A DNA stretch of 63,974 nt, counting the filler, from Candidatus Woesearchaeota archaeon (GTDB lineage: Archaea > Nanobdellota > Nanobdellia > Woesearchaeales > BM511): NCBI GenBank assembly GCA_023266675.1. It is 7 parts of 7 records of this genome, joined end to end, with 100 filler letters (N's around TTAATTAATTAA, not from the genome) between each part and the next. Parts side by side here need not be neighbours in the genome. Positions count along the whole stretch, not along the records: positions 1 to 10,299 come from JAHFPP010000049.1; 6 more parts are not named here. One strand, written 5' to 3'. The notes under the pieces were generated by a model, which saw only the letters and a list, made by a program, of their open reading frames with translations, made no database searches and was not told the origin of the DNA. Both the position numbers and the translations under genes were made by a program. Shown here in pieces: positions 1 to 7,111 of this stretch; the first letter of the stretch is position 1; every line of letters starts with the position of its first letter.

Positions 1-5
1 AAAAA

Positions 6-1775
6 ATGGACCACGAAACGCTGTGTGCATCACTGCTCCACGATGTTGTTGAGGATGTAGGCATAACAATTGACACAATCAAAAAAGAGTTTGATGATGA
101 AATAGCAAGCATTGTTCACGGAGTTACAAAAACAGAGAAAGTTAGATTTACAACAAAAGAGGATTATAATGCTGAGAATCTTAGAAAAGTTTTACTTGCA
201 ACTTCAAAAGACACAAGAGTAATGATTCTAAAACTTGCAGACAGGCTTGACAATATGATGACATTGTCTGAGTTTACAGAAGAAAAGCAAAAAAGAATAT
301 CGCAGGAAACTCTTGATATCTATGCACCAATTGCGCATAAGCTTGGAATGTGGAACATTAAAGGAGAGCTTGAAGACCTTTCATTAAGATATCTTGACCC
401 TGAAACATATTTCAAGCTTAAAAAAATGATTAATGAAAAAAGGTTTGAAAGGGAAAACAAAACAAAAGAAATAATGAAGGAGATAACAGGAAAATTTGAG
501 AAATTAAATATTGACGCCAAAGTTATGGGTCGCGCAAAATATTTCTACAGCATCAGCAAAAAAATGCAGGAAAAGGGAAAATCATTTGAAGAGATAAATG
601 ATTTGATTGCACTAAGAATAATCGCAAAGACCGTTCCTGAATGCTACACAATACTTGAGCTTATCAAAAGTATATACACACCAATTCATGACAGGTTCAA
701 GGATTACATAAAAAACCCAAAGAAGAACGGATACCAATCGATACATATCGACGTAAAAACAAGCGACAATAAGATTCTTGAAGTACAGATAAGAACAGTT
801 GACATGCACCACCAGTCAGAAGAAGGCGTTGCAGCGCACTGGCAGTACAAGCAGACTCAAAGAGATAAGATATTTGACAGAAAGATTGGATGGTTAAAGC
901 AGATTCTTGAATGGAAGTCAGAGAGCAAAGGAAGAGAATTTTTAGAAGAGTTAAGAATAGACCTTTTTCAGGACGAAGTTGTTGTCCTGACACCAAAAAG
1001 CGATCCGATAATACTTCCTGAAGACGCTACACCAATAGATTTTGCATACGCAGTTCACACTAATATCGGCGACTCATGCTCAAAAGCAGAAATCAACGGA
1101 AAAATTGTTCCGCTTGACTATAAACTTAAAAGCGGAGATATGTGCAGGATAATAACACAAAAAAATTCAATGCCAAATCGCTCATGGCTAAATTTTGTAA
1201 AAACATCAAAAGCAAAATCAAAAATTAGGGCAAAGCTTGGAATCCACTCAGAGAAGGACCAGAAAGCCGCAAGAATGATGCATGAGATGGAAGGGATAGA
1301 ATTTAACCTTGTAAAATATCTGGAATACAACGGAAAAAAGAATATCAAGATTTCAAAATGCTGCAGTCCTCAACTAAATGACCCAATTATAAGTTTCATA
1401 ACAAAAGACGGAAGCGTTACTGTTCACAAAAAAACATGCCCAAACATCCATACGCTTGAAAAGTCTCAGGAAGTCCAGATAAAATGGAAAGAGGAAGACA
1501 AGTCAATTAAAACAATAATTATCAGTGTCCGTGACAGAATAGGATTAATCAGCGACATACTAAACGTTGCAATACAGACAAAGGTGCCAACGCTTGCTAT
1601 AAACATAAAGACAATAAAACAGAATATCCTAATGACATTAAAAGTCAAAGTCATTGACGACGCAAATCTCAACGCATTTATTGAAAGGATTAGCAAAATA
1701 CAGGACGTGCACTCAGTAAAAATCTACAAAAAACTTTTTCCATTCTTTAATTTGGATGACTTCAAAAAAAATTGA
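6..1775 (+). CDS. rel: Long RelA/SpoT homologue (bifunctional (p)ppGpp synthetase/hydrolase), 5'-truncated by window edge
   Basis: HD motif LLHDVVED, KLADRLDNM, synthetase motifs GRAK/DLIALRII/KDYIKNPKKNGYQSIH/EVQIRT, TGS (TPIDFAYAVHT), ZFD (KCCSP..VHKKTCPN), C-terminal ACT (DRIGLISDI). Confidence 0.95.
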   Translation: MDHETLCASLLHDVVEDVGITIDTIKKEFDDEIASIVHGVTKTEKVRFTTKEDYNAENLRKVLLATSKDTRVMILKLADRLDNMMTLSEFTEEKQKRISQETLDIYAPIAHKLGMWNIKGELEDLSLRYLDPETYFKLKKMINEKRFERENKTKEIMKEITGKFEKLNIDAKVMGRAKYFYSISKKMQEKGKSFEEINDLIALRIIAKTVPECYTILELIKSIYTPIHDRFKDYIKNPKKNGYQSIHIDVKTSDNKILEVQIRTVDMHHQSEEGVAAHWQYKQTQRDKIFDRKIGWLKQILEWKSESKGREFLEELRIDLFQDEVVVLTPKSDPIILPEDATPIDFAYAVHTNIGDSCSKAEINGKIVPLDYKLKSGDMCRIITQKNSMPNRSWLNFVKTSKAKSKIRAKLGIHSEKDQKAARMMHEMEGIEFNLVKYLEYNGKKNIKISKCCSPQLNDPIISFITKDGSVTVHKKTCPNIHTLEKSQEVQIKWKEEDKSIKTIIISVRDRIGLISDILNVAIQTKVPTLAINIKTIKQNILMTLKVKVIDDANLNAFIERISKIQDVHSVKIYKKLFPFFNLDDFKKN

Positions 1776-1842
1776 ATTCATAGAGTTGCATTTGATAGAA
1801 TGCATAGCAATATTTAAATAGAAAAAGAGAATCTTCTTTGTT

Positions 1843-2139
1843 ATGGCAGATGAATTCAAAACTAAAAGTGCAATTATCGGAAAAAAAGGAAAGCTTGAGA
1901 ATGATGACAATTATCCTATTTTTGTAAATCTTTTTGATATCAACGACCCACACAAGGATCCGAACATGGTGCCAAAGAAATTTCTTGAGTACAAAGTGCA
2001 CAAGATAATCACAAAAGGACTTACTGTCGAATATTTATTGATAGGAAAAGACCTTCTCATAAACAATCTGAAAAGTATAAAGTTATCTGTTGAAGACCAC
2101 GGACACCTAGTTGTTGAAGGCGTTCAGGAAAAAGAATAA
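1843..2139 (+). CDS. Hypothetical protein (98 aa)
   Basis: ORF with host-like codon usage and upstream TATA-like TTTAAATA; no family recognised. Confidence 0.7.
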   Translation: MADEFKTKSAIIGKKGKLENDDNYPIFVNLFDINDPHKDPNMVPKKFLEYKVHKIITKGLTVEYLLIGKDLLINNLKSIKLSVEDHGHLVVEGVQEKE

Positions 2140-2252
2140 ATTTCTAACTTTTTTATAAATATTATAAGACTCTAAGTGAGTTACGTTTTTGTTAAACGTT
2201 TCTGTTTTTGAAAATATTTTTAATTTTCAATACTCACTCTGTTTTTGCTCAA

Positions 2253-2281
2253 GCACAAGAAAATTAACTAATTTTCTGTGC
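2253..2281. repeat. Intergenic palindrome (REP-like hairpin)
   Basis: GCAC(A)AGAAAATTA-AC-TAATTTTCT-GTGC, 13 bp stem with one bulge; flanked by further hairpins. Confidence 0.6.
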
Positions 2282-2386
2282 CATAAAAACCATGTTTTTC
2301 TTGGCTTTTTCTTAAAAAGGTTGCAAAACATTTATATAGGAGTAACGCCCTTAATTGTATATTAATTATATAGTGGTGGATAAACT

Positions 2387-3841
2387 GTGTTGAACAAAAA
2401 AAGAATAAGTTTAGTTTTGGCATTAATAATCGTTTTCTTGACACCAATTATTGCAAATGCTGCTAGCACACAGACATTTGACATAGAAATAGTTCCTATT
2501 AAAAGCAGCATAGATGAAGATGATATAGCCCAGTATAATCTTACAATCAGCAATGACGCAGACATTGAAGACACTTTTTTAACACCATACACAAGCGACG
2601 CAGACTGGGTGCTTACAACTGATCCACAGGTATTCAAGGTTCCTGCAAAGTCATCACTGTCATACACAATATTTGTAGATCCAAAAACAGAAGTTATACC
2701 AGGACAGTACGGCTCAACGCTTAATGTTAAATCATCAGTTAGCGGACAGATAAGAAAATCAATGTTTCTAATTTATATCAGACCATTAAACCCTCTTCCA
2801 ATGGGTTATACATCATCAATCGCACTAAATGTTGAAGTGCCAACTGACATAGACCCTACAAAGCAGATTCCGTTAAAAGTTTACATAAGAAACAGGAATG
2901 CAAAAGAATATCAAAACCTAACAATTGAAATAAAAAGCGAACTTATAAACAAAATATACTCGACATATTTTAAAGCACTTGAAGAAAAAACAGAGGAGTT
3001 CTCATTTAATATCGATGCGTATACAAAACCGAAGGATGATAAGTTAACTGTAACATTATATAATGGCAACGAAACAATTAACCAGATAAAAGTTCCAATA
3101 AGAGTTATAGCTTATTCAGATGTCAAAGAAAAAACTTCTGTTGACCAAAGATTTTTGAAAACAAAAACAACAGTCACACTTACTAATTTTGGGAATATAG
3201 AAAACAATAATCCTTACAAATATGAAATAGGATTTTTTCAAAAGATTGTAACAACAACCCTGCCTGCTGGGTATAACTATGTAACCAATGATAAGAACAA
3301 TAGGGAGATGGATTTTCCTCTAAATCTTGGACCTGGAGACTCAATGAGTATAGAGATAACAACAAACTACCGATTCTTAGTATACACGCTAATTATTATT
3401 ATAGTGGCAATAGTTATTTACTACCAGCTTAGAAGCCCTGTAATCGTAAAAAAAGAGGCAATGACACATGAGGCAACATCGCAGGGAGTGTCAGAGTTCA
3501 AAGTAAAAGTATTAATTAAAAACAGGAGTCAAAAGCCTGTTGAAAACATAAAAATAATAGAGGTTATACCAAGCCTTGCCTTGCTTGTAAAGGAAGCTGC
3601 TGTTGGAACAATGGAACCAACCAAAGTTATCCAGAATGAGAATAAAGGAACACTGATAAGATGGGATATAAACTACCTTGAACCATTTGAAGAAAGGATA
3701 ATAACATACAGATTAAAGTCAAAGCTTAACATCGTTGGTGGACTGACTTTACAACCTACAAAGGCAAAGTTTGAAACGTCAACCGGACGAGAAAGAGTGA
3801 CATTCTCAAAAAAACACAAGATAGAAATCAACGAGAAATAG
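2387..3841 (+). CDS. Secreted/membrane-anchored protein with beta-rich (Ig-like) domains
   Basis: N-terminal signal peptide, beta-strand-rich repeats, internal TM helix (FLVYTLIIIIVAIVIYY). Confidence 0.7.
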   Translation: MLNKKRISLVLALIIVFLTPIIANAASTQTFDIEIVPIKSSIDEDDIAQYNLTISNDADIEDTFLTPYTSDADWVLTTDPQVFKVPAKSSLSYTIFVDPKTEVIPGQYGSTLNVKSSVSGQIRKSMFLIYIRPLNPLPMGYTSSIALNVEVPTDIDPTKQIPLKVYIRNRNAKEYQNLTIEIKSELINKIYSTYFKALEEKTEEFSFNIDAYTKPKDDKLTVTLYNGNETINQIKVPIRVIAYSDVKEKTSVDQRFLKTKTTVTLTNFGNIENNNPYKYEIGFFQKIVTTTLPAGYNYVTNDKNNREMDFPLNLGPGDSMSIEITTNYRFLVYTLIIIIVAIVIYYQLRSPVIVKKEAMTHEATSQGVSEFKVKVLIKNRSQKPVENIKIIEVIPSLALLVKEAAVGTMEPTKVIQNENKGTLIRWDINYLEPFEERIITYRLKSKLNIVGGLTLQPTKAKFETSTGRERVTFSKKHKIEINEK

Positions 3842-3909
3842 ATTCTAAAGAAATTAAGTAATAATAAAACAAAAACTTATTTAAACATCCCACAAATCCA
3901 TATAATTAT

Positions 3910-4073
3910 CCCCCCTTAGCTCAGTCGGTAGAGCGTTCGGCTGTAGATAAAATCGCCAACTGACTAACGCATCTAATGCAAAGGAATGAAGGTTGGACAG
4001 CTGATACCGAAAGGTCCCCGGAAGTTTGTAAGTGAAAGCTTCAGACTGGGAAATTCGAGTCTGGGAGGGGGGA
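3910..4073 (+). tRNA. tRNA-Tyr(GTA) with two introns (3947-4005 at 37/38; 4022-4053 at 53/54)
   Basis: Removing both inserts gives CCCCCCT TA GCTC AGTCGGTA GAGC G TTCGG CTGTAGA CCGAA AGGTC CCCGG TTCGAGT CTGGG AGGGGGG A, a complete cloverleaf with C1:G72 and A73 (archaeal Tyr identity). Confidence 0.92.
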
Positions 4074-4700
4074 TTTTATTTTTTTAAGATGCTTAGGATT
4101 TCTAAATCCAATATGTTTCATCCATAACTCAAAATTTTTATGCCCATTAATGTCAAGTTCATATGTTATGCATGGTGAATCATTTCTCTTTCTGTTCCTT
4201 AGGTATGGACCTGCAAAGTTTATACCTATTTTACTTAGAGTATTACATATATCATCCACCATATTCTTTGATTTCAAATCAGCAGTTATTCTTGGATATG
4301 ATTGTTTTATTTTTCTAGATTTGAATACCAGACTAAAATCTGTATCGGCGACCCCTCTTAAAAAAGCACATGATAAGATAATATCATTCTTTATCCATTC
4401 AGGCATTCTTACAATATCTGATTTTCTGCCAACAGGAATTCCTAATCCTTCAAAGAAGATTAATGTATGTTTAGAATAAGACCTTAATTCACCCCATTTT
4501 GCTTCATAATCAACTAATTTAACTTCTGATTTTTGAAATAATTCTTTTAAAATTTGAAAATATTCTTTATCATCTTGTTTATGACCTGCAATTACTAGCA
4601 TATAACTTGTTCTTTTTTTAGAAATGTATCTGCTTAAGTGCCCGTCGCCTGCGACAATGCCGCACATTTCTGCAATTTCGGGAGTTAATTTTAAATTCAT
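4041..4700 (-). CDS. Free-standing double-motif LAGLIDADG endonuclease-family protein
   Basis: Motif 1 EMCGIVAGDG, motif 2 AFLRGVADTD, C-terminal IGFRNPKHLKK; 3' end overlaps tRNA-Tyr antisense. Confidence 0.85.
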   Translation of the reverse strand: MNLKLTPEIAEMCGIVAGDGHLSRYISKKRTSYMLVIAGHKQDDKEYFQILKELFQKSEVKLVDYEAKWGELRSYSKHTLIFFEGLGIPVGRKSDIVRMPEWIKNDIILSCAFLRGVADTDFSLVFKSRKIKQSYPRITADLKSKNMVDDICNTLSKIGINFAGPYLRNRKRNDSPCITYELDINGHKNFELWMKHIGFRNPKHLKKIKSPLPDSNFPV

Positions 4701-4850
4701 GCTTAAACCTGGTTTGGAAATTCAAAATTAATGAGTGAAATTAGATTTATAAACATTTGTCGCATACCTGTCCAATTGTCCAGTGGATAAACCTTCCAAG
4801 TATTATACAGACTCTATAAATCCTAATTTTCTTCATAATAAAGCGATAAG

Positions 4851-4873
4851 TTTTTAAATCCCCCCCAATTTCT
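4851..4873 (+). promoter_or_regulatory. TATA box plus C-rich element upstream of the tRNA-Asp/tRNA-Lys/RNAP locus
   Basis: TTTTTAAATCCCCCCCAATTTCT; 21/23 identical to the rpl1-operon upstream element (28882-28904, minus strand). Confidence 0.6.
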
Positions 4874-4879
4874 CGTGAT

Positions 4880-4995
4880 GTTTGCAGATAGTATTTCGAC
4901 GAGTGGTATGGTGAAAAACATTATTAGGGGAGACAAATTTTTTTAAACAGTAAAAAAACATCTTAGCCACAGCTATCTAAGTCAATAAAGCAAAA
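4880..4995 (+). ncRNA. Candidate structured RNA ahead of tRNA-Asp
   Basis: Nested stems TTTGC/GCAAA, AGATAGT/GCTATCT, GTGGT/GCCAC plus two internal hairpins, starting ~25 nt after a TATA box; no known family recognised. Confidence 0.35.
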
Positions 4996-5034
4996 ATGTT
5001 ATTCGAGGATGAATATCATTTGGAAAAAAGAGTT

Positions 5035-5107
5035 GCTCTGGTAGTCTAGTGGCCTATGATGAAGCCCTGTCGAGGCTTCGACCCGGGTTCGAATCCCGGC
5101 CAGAGCG
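5035..5107 (+). tRNA. tRNA-Asp(GTC)
   Basis: GCTCTGG/CCAGAGC acceptor stem, AAGCC-CTGTCGA-GGCTT anticodon arm, TTCGAAT T-loop, G73. Confidence 0.97.
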
Positions 5108-5204
5108 TATTTAGAATAACGAAAAAAGGATCAAAACCTAGAAAGCTAGGTGAATTCAACTCGTTGAATTCGCCGTGTTTTAGTCAAGGTTTTCCTAAAA
5201 CGTT

Positions 5205-5278
5205 GGGCCGGTAGCTCAGCCTGGTAGAGCACTCCACTTTTAATGGAGTGGTCGCGAGTTCAAACCTCGTCCGGCTCA
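5205..5278 (+). tRNA. tRNA-Lys(TTT)
   Basis: GGGCCGG/CCGGCTC acceptor stem, CTCCA-CTTTTAA-TGGAG anticodon arm, TTCAAAC T-loop. Confidence 0.97.
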
Positions 5279-5385
5279 TAATCAGAAAAAAACGAGTGGT
5301 TAAAGCATGCTTTAACTCACTAAGTTTTTAACCGACGTTTAGCGTTGGTAAGTATTATTATTTTAGTTTATCAAAAGGTGACCTC

Positions 5386-5625
5386 ATGGGAAAAACAACA
5401 AAAACATATAACAACCACATTCTTGTTCCAAAACACGAAAAGATTTCAGAAAAACAAAAGCAAGAACTTCTAAAACTGCATAACTGCAAGGAATCTGACC
5501 TGCCAAAAATGAAGATAAATGACATCGCTATTGCAGAAATGTCACCTAAAGCTGGAGATGTTTTTAAGATTACAAGAAAAAATGAAGGCTCATCAGTCTT
5601 TTACAGGGTGGTTGTAGATGAATAA
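5386..5625 (+). CDS. rpoH: RNA polymerase subunit H (Rpo5)
   Basis: HILVPKHE..LPKM..D..GDVFKITR..YRVV; first gene of RNAP operon; SD AGGTGA. Confidence 0.97.
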   Translation: MGKTTKTYNNHILVPKHEKISEKQKQELLKLHNCKESDLPKMKINDIAIAEMSPKAGDVFKITRKNEGSSVFYRVVVDE

Positions 5626-7111
5626 ACAGGAATTATTACTCAAAAAATACTTTGAAGAGAACACGTTTGTAAGTTCTAACATAGAATCATTCAACAAGTT
5701 CATTGAAGAAGAACTTCAGAATGTCATTGACGAAAACAGGGACATTGAACCAACAATCATCCCTCACAACATCGACGAATTCAAGATAAGGCTTGACAAA
5801 ATTGTTGTAAAAAAACCGGAAATAACAGAAGCTGACGGCTCAAAAAGACCAATTTACCCAGCAGAAGCACGACTTCGAAAAATAACATACGCTGCACCAG
5901 TTTACATCACAGTAAGCGCACACATCGACGGCGTTCAGCGAGAAAGCTTTGAAACACAAATCGCGCACCTGCCAATAATGCTAAAATCAAAGCACTGCCA
6001 CTTATTTGGCCTATCCAAAGACGACCTAATAAAACAAGGAGAAGATCCAAACGACCCAGGAGGATACTTCATAATTAACGGAACAGAAAAAGTAATAATC
6101 AACATCGAAGACCTCGCATCAAACAGACTTATTGTTGAAAAGAACAGCATAGGGCCTTCAGAATACACAGCAAAATTATTCTCAGAATACGGTTCATTTA
6201 AAATACCGCACTCACTTGAAAGGCTTAAAGACGGAATATTTTACCTGACATTCACAAGGGTAAAAAGAATCCCAGCAGTTCTATTAATCAAAGCGCTTGG
6301 ACTTGTAAAGGACGAAGAAATAATGAAATTTATCTCGATAGACGATCCTAACCAAGTCTACATAAACCTGTATGAGTTCATTGAAACAAAGAATGATGAA
6401 GAAGCAATAGACTTAATCGCAAAGAAGATAGGAATAACACAGACTAAAGAAGTCCGAGTCGAAAGAATGGCAGAAATAATGGACAAATACCTTCTTCCTC
6501 ATATTGGAACAAAGAAAGAAGACAGAATCCTAAAAGCATACAACATATGCAAAATGATAAAAAAGCACATCGAAGTCTCAACAGGAAAGCTTGAAGAAAG
6601 CGACAAAGACCACTACGCAAACAAGAGACTGAAAATGTCAGGAGACTTACTTGCAGACTTATTTAGGGTAAACATAAAAGTGTTGATTGGAGACATGCTT
6701 TACAACTTCCAGCGAATTGTAAAAAGAGGAAAATTCCCATCAATAAAAGTTATAATAAGAGACAAGCTATTGACATCAAGGATACACTCATCCATGGCTA
6801 CAGGAAACTGGGTCGGCGGACGAAAAGGTATTTCACAGAGAATACAAAGGCTAAACTTCCTTGAAACACTTTCACACCTCCAAAGAGTTGTGAGCCCACT
6901 GTCAGCAAGCCAGGAAAACTTCGAAGCAAGAGCACTTCACCCAACACACCTTGGACGACTTTGCCCGGTTGAAACACCTGAAGGAACAAACATCGGTCTA
7001 AGAAAAAACCTTTCACTTCTAACAAAAATATCACAGGGAAGCAATGAAGAAGAGCTGATGCGAACAATGCTTAAAATAGGAGTAAAACCTGTACAGGTGA
7101 AACAAAAATGA
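5618..7111 (+). CDS. rpoB2: RNA polymerase subunit B'' (Rpo2N)
   Basis: PAEARLRKITY, DPGGYFIINGTEKV, LCPVETPEG motifs. Confidence 0.97.
   Translation: MNKQELLLKKYFEENTFVSSNIESFNKFIEEELQNVIDENRDIEPTIIPHNIDEFKIRLDKIVVKKPEITEADGSKRPIYPAEARLRKITYAAPVYITVSAHIDGVQRESFETQIAHLPIMLKSKHCHLFGLSKDDLIKQGEDPNDPGGYFIINGTEKVIINIEDLASNRLIVEKNSIGPSEYTAKLFSEYGSFKIPHSLERLKDGIFYLTFTRVKRIPAVLLIKALGLVKDEEIMKFISIDDPNQVYINLYEFIETKNDEEAIDLIAKKIGITQTKEVRVERMAEIMDKYLLPHIGTKKEDRILKAYNICKMIKKHIEVSTGKLEESDKDHYANKRLKMSGDLLADLFRVNIKVLIGDMLYNFQRIVKRGKFPSIKVIIRDKLLTSRIHSSMATGNWVGGRKGISQRIQRLNFLETLSHLQRVVSPLSASQENFEARALHPTHLGRLCPVETPEGTNIGLRKNLSLLTKISQGSNEEELMRTMLKIGVKPVQVKQK

Noticed and set aside
3936..4011. Alternative splicing of the tRNA to give an Ile(GAT) anticodon from CTGATA at 4001-4006
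   Set aside because: It would leave a 6-nt anticodon loop, and C1:G72/A73 specify Tyr
4067..4866. GGGGGGATTT / AAATCCCCCC inverted repeat flanking the LAGLIDADG gene as transposon ends
   Set aside because: One copy is the tRNA acceptor stem and the other is part of the promoter motif also found at rpl1; no target-site duplication or transposase
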